DNA of 63,879 nucleotides, counting the filler, from Lama guanicoe (taxonomy: Eukaryota): NCBI GenBank assembly GCA_013239625.1. It is 186 parts of 186 records of this genome, joined end to end, with 100 filler letters (N's around TTAATTAATTAA, not from the genome) between each part and the next. Parts side by side here need not be neighbours in the genome. Positions count along the whole stretch, not along the records: positions 36,118 to 36,361 come from PNXV01047165.1; positions 36,462 to 36,705 come from PNXV01047166.1; positions 36,806 to 37,049 come from PNXV01047167.1; positions 37,150 to 37,393 come from PNXV01047168.1; positions 37,494 to 37,737 come from PNXV01047169.1; positions 37,838 to 38,081 come from PNXV01047170.1; positions 38,182 to 38,425 come from PNXV01047171.1; positions 38,526 to 38,767 come from PNXV01047172.1; 178 more parts are not named here. One strand, written 5' to 3'. Shown piece by piece: positions 36,346 through 49,193 of the stretch (the first letter of the stretch is position 1; every line of letters begins with the position of its first letter). Under the pieces are notes generated by a model. The model made no database searches and was not told where the DNA came from. It saw nothing but the letters and a program-made list of their open reading frames with translations. Both the position numbers and the translations under genes were made by a program.

Positions 36346-37837
36346 TGGGCTGTGTGCTTCTNNNNNNNNNNNNNNNNNNNNNNNNNNNNNNNNNNNNNNN
36401 NNNNNTTAATTAATTAANNNNNNNNNNNNNNNNNNNNNNNNNNNNNNNNNNNNNNNNNNNNCTCAAGTAAACTTTAGTCATTGTTTCTCTATCATAATTA
36501 AGCAAAGACTTTTCATTATTTACCAGATAAAGCAAAATGCATTTTCAAGAATATTTTACAGAATAGAAATAATTTTATCACCTTTGGAATGAGGCTTAAC
36601 TGTAAATTAGAAACATTTTTACTTAAGTACCAGAGAAGACTTAAGAGATTGGGTCTGACCTCTTTCTTTCTTTCTTTTTTTGCAGATGAGGAGTTGGAAC
36701 TTCAGNNNNNNNNNNNNNNNNNNNNNNNNNNNNNNNNNNNNNNNNNNNNTTAATTAATTAANNNNNNNNNNNNNNNNNNNNNNNNNNNNNNNNNNNNNNN
36801 NNNNNATCCTCACAGTCTAAATATAAAATAATGGCCAGCTTTAGCAATTACTTTTCCAAAGTTAATCCATCAATGACATTTAGAGAAACCAAGGGATCTG
36901 AAAGGGATTTTGTTTTTGTAAAATAGAGATTGCTCCTTTACTTTTTAATCTTATGCATAAGTTGGACATTGACCCAACTCATTCTCTAGTTAGGAGATAA
37001 GTTTTCCTATCCTTGCACTGTTACCTAGGATACCAAGCCCTTGCTACATNNNNNNNNNNNNNNNNNNNNNNNNNNNNNNNNNNNNNNNNNNNNTTAATTA
37101 ATTAANNNNNNNNNNNNNNNNNNNNNNNNNNNNNNNNNNNNNNNNNNNNTTTTTAGCATGCAGACTTTTCTGATGTAAAACAACCTGAATCAGGCTGAAT
37201 TTTAAGCGTGTTTTATGCAGCAAAGCCTCAGGAATAGCAACCGCCGTGATAGGCAGTGGCAGCTGCTGGCTTTTTGTAGGGTGACTGCTACATGGGATGG
37301 CCATGAAAGGAAATGACTGTTACTCGTTAAAGCAACTCCATTCGGCTATGAGAGAAGTCGCCCAGTCAGAAAAGTCCTCATGGAAGATGAAGCNNNNNNN
37401 NNNNNNNNNNNNNNNNNNNNNNNNNNNNNNNNNNNNNTTAATTAATTAANNNNNNNNNNNNNNNNNNNNNNNNNNNNNNNNNNNNNNNNNNNNATATTCT
37501 TCACAGCCCCTGGCACATCACATGCCTGCTGAGAATCCCAACATTTTTAAATTGGTTGTTGTTTCCCCTTTCCTTTCCTTCCTGCTGGCTGAGGTACTCC
37601 TTTAAGTAGCTTCCACATTCCATGTTTTAGCCTTTTTCTTCCTCTTTCACCACTTGCCTACCTGTCAGCCTCTCAGACAGGTGCCCTAGCCCTGGGGAAC
37701 GCACTGGAGTGACAATGGGCCTTACACATTCAGGTTTNNNNNNNNNNNNNNNNNNNNNNNNNNNNNNNNNNNNNNNNNNNNTTAATTAATTAANNNNNNN
37801 NNNNNNNNNNNNNNNNNNNNNNNNNNNNNNNNNNNNN

Positions 37838-38081
37838 TAGAACATAGAATACGGAACACAGAATTTACATTATAGAATACAGAATACTTAATAAAGGATT
37901 TTGAATGTAGAATTTAGGACACAGTACATAGAATTTACACTATGGAATGCAGAATATACAATACAGAATATAGAATGTTGAACCCAAAATATAGAATATA
38001 GAATAGAAAATAAAGAACCCAGAATTAAGAAAATGGAAAGCAGAATTCAGTATTTACTATATAGAATACAGAATACCGAAT
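37838..38081 (+). repeat. Degenerate 7-bp tandem satellite (AGAATAY)n, second contig
   Basis: Same heptamer periodicity as 20983-21225. Confidence 0.9.
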
Positions 38082-38525
38082 NNNNNNNNNNNNNNNNNNN
38101 NNNNNNNNNNNNNNNNNNNNNNNNNTTAATTAATTAANNNNNNNNNNNNNNNNNNNNNNNNNNNNNNNNNNNNNNNNNNNNCAAACACCAAGACAGAATT
38201 AAATGTGTGAGAATTATATTAGGGAAAATGTCTTTGCTATAGGAAATAGGGAGCTGTAAAAGTGTGAGTGAGAGGTCACATAGTAAAGGAAAAAGGGTTA
38301 ATGTTGGTGAAACATCCTGGATTGCCCAGCAGTGTAAAGACTATTTTGCAAGGCCATCAGTGAGTCCTTGAACAAAAGGCAAAAGACAAAGGGATCCTGT
38401 CTTTCCCAAGAACTGGTCTGCCTTGNNNNNNNNNNNNNNNNNNNNNNNNNNNNNNNNNNNNNNNNNNNNTTAATTAATTAANNNNNNNNNNNNNNNNNNN
38501 NNNNNNNNNNNNNNNNNNNNNNNNN

Positions 38526-38767
38526 TCCACATGCTCAGTTCTGAGAGATATGTGTGTGTGAATGCCATCCTTCAACTAGCTTGAAGAGAACACAAAATTT
38601 ATTTTTAGTTGCAATCTCCAATATATACGTATATATGGGGAGGACCAAACTCTGTCTTAGTGTTACAATGAAAACTGCAGGAAATTCAAACCGGCACTAG
38701 GAAACGACTGAGAAACCTGAGTAAAGTTTTCTCCTGCAACCCGTTCCCTTTGTGCTGGATGAACGAA
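38526..38767 (+). repeat. ~250-bp satellite monomer, copy 1
   Basis: Shares TCCACATGCT, ATGTGTGTG, GAAAACTGC, CTGAGAAACC.GAGTA and GATGAACGAA blocks with 45060 and 51252 in circularly permuted order. Confidence 0.85.
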
Positions 38768-39035
38768 NNNNNNNNNNNNNNNNNNNNNNNNNNNNNNNNN
38801 NNNNNNNNNNNTTAATTAATTAANNNNNNNNNNNNNNNNNNNNNNNNNNNNNNNNNNNNNNNNNNNNTCAGGTTTCAATCCCACCTCTGCCTGGGAGATG
38901 CACCAGTAAATACGGTGGCTATGGCAAAGCCCCACCTCTCTTCTCCCAACATCGTGCCAGGAATGGTGTCACAGGCCTGTGGAGACAGAGGTTCCAGCCT
39001 AGCTTTGTTGGGACCCTAGCAGTGTTGCCTGCTTG

Positions 39036-39105
39036 TTTTCTTCCTTCTTTCTTCCTTCCTTCCTTCTTCCTTTTTCTTTCTTTCTTTCTCCTTCCTTCCT
39101 TTCTA
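39036..39105 (+). repeat. (TTCC/TTTC)n polypyrimidine microsatellite
   Basis: Read directly from the sequence. Confidence 0.85.
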
Positions 39106-39899
39106 TCGTTCNNNNNNNNNNNNNNNNNNNNNNNNNNNNNNNNNNNNNNNNNNNNTTAATTAATTAANNNNNNNNNNNNNNNNNNNNNNNNNNNNNNNNN
39201 NNNNNNNNNNNGAAACCCAGACTAGGATGATCTTAGCCGTAGGTACATGATACTACAACCAGTTTACTCACAGTTGCTTAATAAAATCTCGGCCCTTCTA
39301 ATGAGAGCTACTTCTTACTCAAGCTGCAAATCCACAGACATTATGCCTTCCATTCTTGTAGTAATTCTTCTATGTGTGATCCTCCCTGACTAGGTTCACA
39401 CCGTACTCTCTAGTTCTAATGCATTTGTTTCAAAGCATGTGTGTGTTTTAAATCGNNNNNNNNNNNNNNNNNNNNNNNNNNNNNNNNNNNNNNNNNNNNT
39501 TAATTAATTAANNNNNNNNNNNNNNNNNNNNNNNNNNNNNNNNNNNNNNNNNNNNTGCTGGACTCCAGGACACCATCCTGGGTCTCAACCATCCTCTGTT
39601 CCTACGCCCGCCTCACTACTCTTCACTTTGTCCTTCAAGTGTGGGCTCCTGTGGCTCACCACCCAGCAGGGGTCTCCCCGTCCTCCACCTCTGGTAACTG
39701 CATCATCCTGCACGGTGCCTAGTGAACCCGTGTGGAGGCAGGAAGAATAAAGAACAACAGGTTCTCAGAGGGGCTGCCTTTCCCACTGCAGGGGCCCTGN
39801 NNNNNNNNNNNNNNNNNNNNNNNNNNNNNNNNNNNNNNNNNNNTTAATTAATTAANNNNNNNNNNNNNNNNNNNNNNNNNNNNNNNNNNNNNNNNNNNN

Positions 39900-40143
39900 C
39901 GGGGGCAGGGAGCCGGGCACGAGCCATCCGCCCTCGCTCCGCTTCCCCCTCTCGGGCTTTGTCGGCCGTTCGGCTCTGCATCCAAAGCGTTCTCCGCTCC
40001 CAGGGCGCGCCCCGACTCACACGCTTGGGCTGCGGCCCCGACGCTGGCGCCGCGGATTTCGGGGGAATCGCGGGGGCTGCGGTGAGCGGTGGCGGCGGTG
40101 AGCGGTGGCGGCGACGACCTCCGTGCGCCCAGGCGGGCTTGGG
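39900..40143 (-). promoter_or_regulatory. CpG-island fragment with candidate first exon (40021-40143, minus strand) and donor GTGAGT
   Basis: Very CpG-dense; ACTCAC at 40015-40020; 16-bp tandem duplication CGGTGAGCGGTGGCGG near 40080-40111. Confidence 0.5.
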
Positions 40144-41963
40144 NNNNNNNNNNNNNNNNNNNNNNNNNNNNNNNNNNNNNNNNNNNNTTAATTAATTAAN
40201 NNNNNNNNNNNNNNNNNNNNNNNNNNNNNNNNNNNNNNNNNNNAATCACCCAACAAGCCACTTGGCTGAAACGGGGCGATGCCTCTCGGGGCATCCTGTG
40301 ATTTGCCTGACTCTGAGGCGTTTGGCTCACGGGGGCCCTGGCTCAGGAGTGCACTTCGTTCTCGTGGCACTGCCCTCCCGGCAGCCACTGCTGCGGCCCG
40401 CTGGCTGCGCTGTGTTCTCGCAGAGGTCGGAACCACCGCGTTCCCAGCCAACAACAAGCATCAGAAACCAGGCCTCCCTGTGCCTGGNNNNNNNNNNNNN
40501 NNNNNNNNNNNNNNNNNNNNNNNNNNNNNNNTTAATTAATTAANNNNNNNNNNNNNNNNNNNNNNNNNNNNNNNNNNNNNNNNNNNNAAATTTTTCATCT
40601 CTACTGCCATTTCTTTGGTCCAGGCAATATTACCTTGGACTGGTGCACTGGGACAGACTCATAACTGATTCCCACACTCTTCTGTTTTGCATACAATACA
40701 GGTGTGTGTGTGGGGGGGTTGTTGTTGTTGTTGTTGTTTTGTCTTTTACATTTTCATCAGCTTTATTCTGGGTAAAATTTACATAAGCTTTATTGTATCC
40801 ATTTAGAGTGTATAAATCAGTGAATATTGATNNNNNNNNNNNNNNNNNNNNNNNNNNNNNNNNNNNNNNNNNNNNTTAATTAATTAANNNNNNNNNNNNN
40901 NNNNNNNNNNNNNNNNNNNNNNNNNNNNNNNAGACCCAGACCCCTCCCTCCTCAGAAACCCGCGCGCTCACCTGGCCCGTTGACGGCCCCAGAGCCACGG
41001 CGGCCAGGTGTGGCTGCTGCCCAGCGAGCGCCTGGTGAGGCTGTGCTGCTGCCCGGGGCCCGGTCAACAACATGCGGTAGGCTTGGCTACATTTTGTTTT
41101 GCTTTGGTTTTGAATTTTTTTAATTCTATGTATTTTTTAATTGAGGTATAGTTGATTTATAATACTACATTAGTTNNNNNNNNNNNNNNNNNNNNNNNNN
41201 NNNNNNNNNNNNNNNNNNNTTAATTAATTAANNNNNNNNNNNNNNNNNNNNNNNNNNNNNNNNNNNNNNNNNNNNGTGAGATGGTGATCGTTTAACTGGG
41301 GCCAGACGGTTGTTGTTCTGGTTCTGATGTGAACGTCGGGCCGTCTTGCTTTGGGCTTGTCGGTCTGATTAGGGGCCTTGCTCATGTTTCCCGCACTGCA
41401 GGTGAATTAGTTCTTTACATAGTTTTTCTCAGGAAATAGATCTGAAGTGTATGAGTTCTGTGTTCCCTCCCCTCTGAAAACCCTGGCCTCCTGGTGAGAT
41501 GGAGCAGTGACAAGGAGGCNNNNNNNNNNNNNNNNNNNNNNNNNNNNNNNNNNNNNNNNNNNNTTAATTAATTAANNNNNNNNNNNNNNNNNNNNNNNNN
41601 NNNNNNNNNNNNNNNNNNNCCTTCTCCCTCCATGGCAGCCTTGGGTATGACAGGGGTAGGGGGACGCGAAGGGACTTGTTATTCATCCTTCTGTTCCCCA
41701 TCCTGGCCTGGGGCTATGAAGGGAGGACCACACTGCAAACTCAGCTCTGGGGCTCCGCCACGCCCAGCCAAGCTCTGGGCCCTGAGGAGATCAGTGGTGA
41801 TGGACAAGGGAACAAAGGAATGTGGGGATGGTCGGATGTGCTCTCCCATCCTGCTGGGTGGGANNNNNNNNNNNNNNNNNNNNNNNNNNNNNNNNNNNNN
41901 NNNNNNNTTAATTAATTAANNNNNNNNNNNNNNNNNNNNNNNNNNNNNNNNNNNNNNNNNNNN

Positions 41964-42207
41964 GTAAAAAAACAATCCAATTACAAAACTGGCACAGGAC
42001 ACACAGAGACAGGTAACTGACGAGGACCTACAGACGGCAAATATGCACATGGAAAGACTCTCACCATCACTCACCATGAAGGAAATGCAGATTCAGGGTG
42101 TGCTGAGGTATTGCCACTTACTTATTAAAACAGCTACAGTTTAAAATGTGGTGCAGAAAAACTGCACCTTTCCTCCATTGCTGGTGGGAATGTAGAAATG
42201 GCACAGC
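41964..42207 (+). mobile_element. Old LINE-1 ORF2 fragment
   Basis: AACAATCCAATT...CAGACGGCAAATATGCACATGGAAAGA...GGAAATGCAGATT...ATTGCTGGTGGGAATGTA. Confidence 0.75.
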
Positions 42208-43339
42208 NNNNNNNNNNNNNNNNNNNNNNNNNNNNNNNNNNNNNNNNNNNNTTAATTAATTAANNNNNNNNNNNNNNNNNNNNNNNNNNNNNNNNNNNNN
42301 NNNNNNNGAATCAGAACACATCCCTGTCTGGTGTGGAGTCTATGGTGTTTGGAATCTGCCACATCACCTACATTTGTGATGCTCAGAAAATATTTTAAAT
42401 ACTAGAGCAGATATGTTCTGAAAATAATGGGAGACTACTTTCTGGTTACTCTCCCTAAGAGCCACAAAATGGAAACAATCCAAATGTCCATCAGCTGGTG
42501 ACTGGAGAAACAAACTATAGTATATTAACTAATGAATTACTATTCAGCAAANNNNNNNNNNNNNNNNNNNNNNNNNNNNNNNNNNNNNNNNNNNNTTAAT
42601 TAATTAANNNNNNNNNNNNNNNNNNNNNNNNNNNNNNNNNNNNNNNNNNNNAAAGCGACACAGAGGTGGCCCCAGGGAGCCTCACAAACTCCCAGCACAG
42701 GTCCAAGGAAAAGGAAACAGACGAAGGGGGAGCCACCTCTTCACTCGGGGGCCTAGCAATTCTTGGAGGCCAAGTCCCTAAGCTAAGTCTCCTGGCGCAC
42801 GATTTCTTTTCACACCCCAGTCACCAACCTCCCAGGAAGATCCCCCCTCCCCAAGTCTCTGCCACTTAAGCCCAGCTGAACAAGAGAGGGCTGTTNNNNN
42901 NNNNNNNNNNNNNNNNNNNNNNNNNNNNNNNNNNNNNNNTTAATTAATTAANNNNNNNNNNNNNNNNNNNNNNNNNNNNNNNNNNNNNNNNNNNNTACTT
43001 GGCCAACCCTCCTGTTATATCTGTCCTCCACTGGGAGGGGGCAGCGTCTTTCTATTGCAACACAAGAGGGGGGCACATAGGCAAGTTGTCCTGTGTCAGC
43101 TGTCAGGGGGAACCCGCTGGCCATGGGGGACCGATGCCCACTACTGGAGCTGATCTTGCTCTGTCTCTTCTCTACAGGAGCAGACTGCTGTTCCATCCAG
43201 TGCTTTCCTTAGTGAGTCTGATACAGAGATGCAGTGGACNNNNNNNNNNNNNNNNNNNNNNNNNNNNNNNNNNNNNNNNNNNNTTAATTAATTAANNNNN
43301 NNNNNNNNNNNNNNNNNNNNNNNNNNNNNNNNNNNNNNN

Positions 43340-43495
43340 ATTTGCACCTCTTGGGGAGTGATGGAAATGTTAGCTGTCCTCATTGTGGCGGTGGTTTCAT
43401 GTATGTATACATTTATCAAAATTCATCAAATTGTATATCTGAAATATGTGTGGCTTACTGTGCAGGAATCATACCACAATAAATGTGTTTAAATA
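43340..43495 (+). mobile_element. Old L1M 3' terminus followed by a Vic-1-like tail remnant
   Basis: GGGGAGTGATGGAAATGTTAG...TGGTTTCATG...TTATCAAAATTCATCAAATTGTA...ATACCACAATAAA, then AAATAAATAA...AACCTAATTACTACCCC. Confidence 0.75.
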
Positions 43496-43765
43496 AATAA
43501 ATAAACCAACCAGTCAACCTAATTACTACCCCACCCCCACCTCCTGCTCAAACCAACAAATAAAAAGCAGAGGGGACAGGGCANNNNNNNNNNNNNNNNN
43601 NNNNNNNNNNNNNNNNNNNNNNNNNNNTTAATTAATTAANNNNNNNNNNNNNNNNNNNNNNNNNNNNNNNNNNNNNNNNNNNNTCTAGGCTGAGCCAAGT
43701 AGTTTTCCTGTTTCAAGAGGCTAATTGGTGTGGGCGGACAAGCTCAAGAGAAGAGGTGTGAAGGG

Positions 43766-43927
43766 GTAGCTCTCACTCTCCTGCACATGGGAAGCATCTG
43801 GGTGCCTTTAAATAATAGTGCACCCCAGCCTGGAGTGGGGACTTTGTACTTTTTATTGTTTTTTAAATACTTCTTTCCTTTTTGGGGGGGTAGTTAGATT
43901 TATTTATTTTAATGGAGGTACTGGGAA
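43766..43927. repeat. Paralog of 5504-5700: MER5-like fragment plus Vic-1-like SINE tail (minus strand)
   Basis: GTAGCTCTCACTCTCCTGCACATGGGAAGCATCTGGG...ATAGTGCACCCCAGC...TTTAAATACTTCTTTC...TTTATTTATTTTAATGGAGGTACTGGGAA. Confidence 0.9.
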
Positions 43928-44039
43928 NNNNNNNNNNNNNNNNNNNNNNNNNNNNNNNNNNNNNNNNNNNNTTAATTAATTAANNNNNNNNNNNNNNNNN
44001 NNNNNNNNNNNNNNNNNNNNNNNNNNNTGACAAATAAAC

Positions 44040-44271
44040 AATGCTACAGAGAGCATCCAGGATGCCCTCGGTCATGTGAGCAAGCATTTCTGTGAAGCAC
44101 GACTGCTAAGTCATTGAATATGCACATTTTCAATTTCATTATCCAAAGTGATTGTACTAATTTACACTCCCACCAGCAGGGTGCGAGAGTCCCATTTTCT
44201 CAAGTCTTTGCCAGCAGTTGGTATTGACAGACTCCGTGATGCCTGTCAAGCTGTTTGGTGTGAAATGGTGT
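44040..44271 (-). mobile_element. Old LINE-1 ORF2 fragment
   Basis: CCAAAGTGATTGTACTAATTTACACTCCCACCAGCAG...TCTTTGCCAGCAGTTGGTATTG. Confidence 0.75.
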
Positions 44272-45059
44272 NNNNNNNNNNNNNNNNNNNNNNNNNNNNN
44301 NNNNNNNNNNNNNNNTTAATTAATTAANNNNNNNNNNNNNNNNNNNNNNNNNNNNNNNNNNNNNNNNNNNNGCAGAGGCCGGGCTGCCGGCCCGTCCCCA
44401 CTGGGGGGTCATGGCAGCCGCTGACGACTTGGTTTCAGCATTCTTTGTTTACTGATAGTTTGCAGTATTCTCACTCACACTGCAGTATTTTCATTCACAA
44501 TGGTGAGTCAAAATCATTTATCCGATACGTGTTTAGTAAATATTTTTCTTTGTTTGTGGCTTGTCTTTTGGCTTTCTGAATAAGGTTTTTCAGAAATCTG
44601 TAATAAAGTCCCTGANNNNNNNNNNNNNNNNNNNNNNNNNNNNNNNNNNNNNNNNNNNNTTAATTAATTAANNNNNNNNNNNNNNNNNNNNNNNNNNNNN
44701 NNNNNNNNNNNNNNNACAAGCCTACATTTCATATTATCTTCTAAGAAAGAAGCCAGATTTTTCTAAAAAGAAAATCATTTCATCTTCTTTATTGTTATAG
44801 TCACTGAGATGTTTTCAAAGATGAGAAAGTCACATAATAATCTCACTCTCTATGGCATCATTTAACCTTTTCAATAGAATCAGATCTATCTACTCCAGTG
44901 CTCTGTCTGTTGGGGGAATTAGGATAAATTGACTGAATACCTATGATTCTTTCATTCACNNNNNNNNNNNNNNNNNNNNNNNNNNNNNNNNNNNNNNNNN
45001 NNNTTAATTAATTAANNNNNNNNNNNNNNNNNNNNNNNNNNNNNNNNNNNNNNNNNNNN

Positions 45060-45303
45060 TGCAACCCACTAACTTTATACTAGATGAACGAACTTCTCTC
45101 CACATGCTTAGATCTGAGAAATAAATGTGTGTGAAAGCCGTCATTCACATAGCTTGTTAGGAACACTATGTTTCTTTTTAGTTGGAAACAACACTATTTA
45201 TTTATATTTGGGGCGGTAGTAGTTCCAACTCGGTTTTACAGTGAAAACTGCTTTAACTTCAAACTGGCAGTTGAAAACATACTGAGAAACCCGAGTACAT
45301 GTT
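45060..45303 (+). repeat. ~250-bp satellite monomer, copy 2
   Basis: Starts TGCAACCC..CTTT..GATGAACGAA (the end of copy 1) and continues into TCCACATGCT (the start of copy 1). Confidence 0.85.
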
Positions 45304-46091
45304 NNNNNNNNNNNNNNNNNNNNNNNNNNNNNNNNNNNNNNNNNNNNTTAATTAATTAANNNNNNNNNNNNNNNNNNNNNNNNNNNNNNNNNNNNNNNNN
45401 NNNAAAATATATTTTTTAAATGCTGAATTGCATACTTTAAAAGGTGAATTTTGTGGCATTTAAATTATGTCTCAATAAAGTTATTATAAAAAGAAACATG
45501 AAGATGATATATGTGTTGGACTTAGCAAGCATAAGACTGTGAAATAGATATTTTAATATGCTCAACAAAATAGATGGCAACATAAAATCTATTTTTTAAA
45601 AAAAGAACAGAATAGAAATTCTAGAGCTAAAAATTAAATTTAACTAANNNNNNNNNNNNNNNNNNNNNNNNNNNNNNNNNNNNNNNNNNNNTTAATTAAT
45701 TAANNNNNNNNNNNNNNNNNNNNNNNNNNNNNNNNNNNNNNNNNNNNCGATCTGGGGGCTCTGATAAGACAGAATACCTGGGAACCCAAGGACATGGTAA
45801 TCAGACAGACGGGGTCATGATTCCAGCCCAGGAAGAGAGGACAGATGTCTTAGAATGTGCTTGCATTATGCCTATGGCTCTGATCTCCCCGAGCACAGCG
45901 TGAGCCCAGGGTGGCTCCCTGATGTTATGTGGATGTCTCTGACAGTTGAAGGGGCAGGAGGACAAATGCAGCCTGGTGACTGCCCCCACCANNNNNNNNN
46001 NNNNNNNNNNNNNNNNNNNNNNNNNNNNNNNNNNNTTAATTAATTAANNNNNNNNNNNNNNNNNNNNNNNNNNNNNNNNNNNNNNNNNNNN

Positions 46092-46190
46092 CACACTCCA
46101 AGGTGGCCTCGCTGGACCCGGCCACCACACTCCTGTTGCGCGGGGGTACCACGATGACGGGGGCCGTGGCTTCAGGAGCGCCGACATCCC
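46092..46190 (-). CDS. SDK1: Sidekick-1 exon 5' part (start of an Ig domain)
   Basis: Acceptor TTTTGTTTTCTCTGCCACAG, then DVGAPEATAPVIVVPPRNRSVVAGSSEATLEC; recalled human SDK1 is DVGTPETMAPTIVVPPGNRSVVAGSSETTLEC. Confidence 0.85.
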
Positions 46191-46527
46191 CTGTGGCAGA
46201 GAAAACAAAAGCCCGTGGAACTCCTCTCCAAGGTACCAGGAAGTCTGAGGACTGGACGCGTGACAAACAGGAATCCCGTCAGGCCGGTGGACAGGATTCC
46301 CAGTGTCTAGCGACCCGCCCCCTGGGAGCCCTCAGNNNNNNNNNNNNNNNNNNNNNNNNNNNNNNNNNNNNNNNNNNNNTTAATTAATTAANNNNNNNNN
46401 NNNNNNNNNNNNNNNNNNNNNNNNNNNNNNNNNNNTTTAGATTCACCAACACCAACCACACCGTCTATCAAGGGGATAACAACCAGCACATCCCGAAGAA
46501 AGATATAGATTGCACCCATATCAAATC

Positions 46528-46679
46528 CACCATGATCAAGTTGGATTCATTCCAGGGTCACAAGGATGTTCAACAAATGCAAATCAATAAATGTGATACA
46601 CCATATTAACAAAAGGAAAGACAAAAACCGCATGATCATCTCAATAGATGCAGAAAAAGCATTTGACAAAATTCAACAT
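46528..46679 (+). mobile_element. LINE-1 ORF2 reverse-transcriptase fragment with a 1-bp frameshift
   Basis: [50 protein letters not shown]. Confidence 0.92.
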
Positions 46680-46779
46680 NNNNNNNNNNNNNNNNNNNNN
46701 NNNNNNNNNNNNNNNNNNNNNNNTTAATTAATTAANNNNNNNNNNNNNNNNNNNNNNNNNNNNNNNNNNNNNNNNNNNN

Positions 46780-47023
46780 GGAAGACAAATACCATATGAT
46801 ATCACTTATATGTGGAATCTAAAAAAACTGGCACAAATGAACTTATTTACAAAACGGAAGCGGATTCACAGACATAGAAAACAAACTTATGGTTATCACG
46901 GAGGAAAGGGGGTAGGGAGGGATAAATTGGGACTTTGGAATTTGCAGATACACACTACTACTTAAAAAATAGATTAACATCAAGGTCATACTGTATAACA
47001 CAGGGAACTATATTCAATATCTG
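46780..47023 (+). mobile_element. LINE-1 ORF2 end and 3' UTR
   Basis: GACAAATACCATATGATATCACTTATATGTGGAATCTAAAAAAA...CACAGGGAACTATATTCAATATCT. Confidence 0.92.
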
Positions 47024-49193
47024 NNNNNNNNNNNNNNNNNNNNNNNNNNNNNNNNNNNNNNNNNNNNTTAATTAATTAANNNNNNNNNNNNNNNNNNNNN
47101 NNNNNNNNNNNNNNNNNNNNNNNCGGAGACGCGCTTGGAGGGGGCGTGAGGGGCCCTGAGGATGGAGACTCTCACTGGGAGCCGGGTGGGGCGGTGAGGA
47201 CGGACTGTGCCCTTTCCCAGGCTTAGACCCCAGGGGTCAATGTGAGGATGCCCTCCACCCACTAGCCCAGGTCCCCTCCGGGAGCGGCTGCTCAGGCCAG
47301 GTCACCAGCCCCTCCAGGAGGGACTAGAGAACCAGCACCACGGTTCTCCTGGGGGTGGGGGGTGGGGNNNNNNNNNNNNNNNNNNNNNNNNNNNNNNNNN
47401 NNNNNNNNNNNTTAATTAATTAANNNNNNNNNNNNNNNNNNNNNNNNNNNNNNNNNNNNNNNNNNNNAATTATCCATTTTATCTTGGAGTGAAGGGATGG
47501 TTTAACATGAGAAAAGTTTATCAACCTGATTCATCACATCAGAATACTATAAAAATGTTAATATTTATAACTATTTATTCAAATAGTACTAATCCCAAGT
47601 GATGAAGATAAATCACTTGATACAACATAAAGAAGTCAAGACACATTTATGGTAAGCCCATAAGGAAACAAGGACTGAAGGGACTCACTTTAACTGAAAA
47701 CCCACAACAAANNNNNNNNNNNNNNNNNNNNNNNNNNNNNNNNNNNNNNNNNNNNTTAATTAATTAANNNNNNNNNNNNNNNNNNNNNNNNNNNNNNNNN
47801 NNNNNNNNNNNTCCCCAGAATTTTAAAATATCAAAGTTTGGCCATATTTGTTCCAGGTATCTTTTAATTAAAAAAATCCACGATGGACACAATTCAGATT
47901 CCTTATACTGCTCCCCCAGTCCCCTTCCCACAGACAATCACTCTACTGACATTTGTCTCCATTTTTTTGCTTCTTTCTATAAAAGCTTTTATACACGTGT
48001 ACTTAACCATAAAGCACATAGAATATCATTTTATATGTGTTATAAATGTACATAANNNNNNNNNNNNNNNNNNNNNNNNNNNNNNNNNNNNNNNNNNNNT
48101 TAATTAATTAANNNNNNNNNNNNNNNNNNNNNNNNNNNNNNNNNNNNNNNNNNNNAAGTACTGTAGTTATAGTGTATTCAGTGGGACTGTGACTGGACTT
48201 TTGAAGCAAATCATGAGACATGAGGGACTTCTGTCCCTGCACTCGGCTGTCTTGACTCAGTGGCATCTCCTGCTCTGTGATGCGCCCTCTCCCACTGTGC
48301 TCAGCATACCTTGCCCTGCTGGTTTGGTTCTGGGCATTCAGGGGCCCCTTGTAATTTTTGTCCACACATCAATCCTCCATGTAGCAACTATAGTTGGGGN
48401 NNNNNNNNNNNNNNNNNNNNNNNNNNNNNNNNNNNNNNNNNNNTTAATTAATTAANNNNNNNNNNNNNNNNNNNNNNNNNNNNNNNNNNNNNNNNNNNNT
48501 GAGGGATAAAGAGCAAGACAGGGTAGAGCTGGTTTTCTGTTTTTATTTATTTTTTATTTTTTATTTTTTTGCCTTTGGGCTGTCAGTCCCTTTCTAACCT
48601 CAGAAAGTGGATCACCATTTCTCTGCTAATCATGTTGATGGGTGGGTTGGGAGTAAAAGAAGGAAGAAGATGCTCAGTCAAGTATCGCTCCCGTCTTGAG
48701 GGTGGAGGAGACGCCCCGTCTTCTCTACGGAAACTTGGGAGGANNNNNNNNNNNNNNNNNNNNNNNNNNNNNNNNNNNNNNNNNNNNTTAATTAATTAAN
48801 NNNNNNNNNNNNNNNNNNNNNNNNNNNNNNNNNNNNNNNNNNNAAGGAGTTATTGCCATTTTTAGAATTCAGATCCTTTTGCTGGCACTGTTGTACTTAA
48901 ATTGCCTCCTTTTCTCTCTTTCTTTCCAAGTTTATATGACAATGGCAAGTTTAAGCCTTGTCTCCTCCAGGAAGCCCGCCCTGACTATGCCTGCTAGATG
49001 CAATCAATCAGCCCTTCAAGAATAAAGTCCAACTCAATCAAGAAGCATCTACCACCAGTTCAGCCCTATAGTTATGCCAACATCTGANNNNNNNNNNNNN
49101 NNNNNNNNNNNNNNNNNNNNNNNNNNNNNNNTTAATTAATTAANNNNNNNNNNNNNNNNNNNNNNNNNNNNNNNNNNNNNNNNNNNNAGTAGG

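Noticed and set aside
36655..36705. Strong splice acceptor followed by 20 nt (possibly DEELELQ)
   Set aside because: Plausible exon start, but too short to assign to a gene.
48905..48950. Polypyrimidine acceptor plus possible 14-nt micro-exon with GC donor
   Set aside because: Motif-only evidence with a non-canonical donor; cannot be supported.
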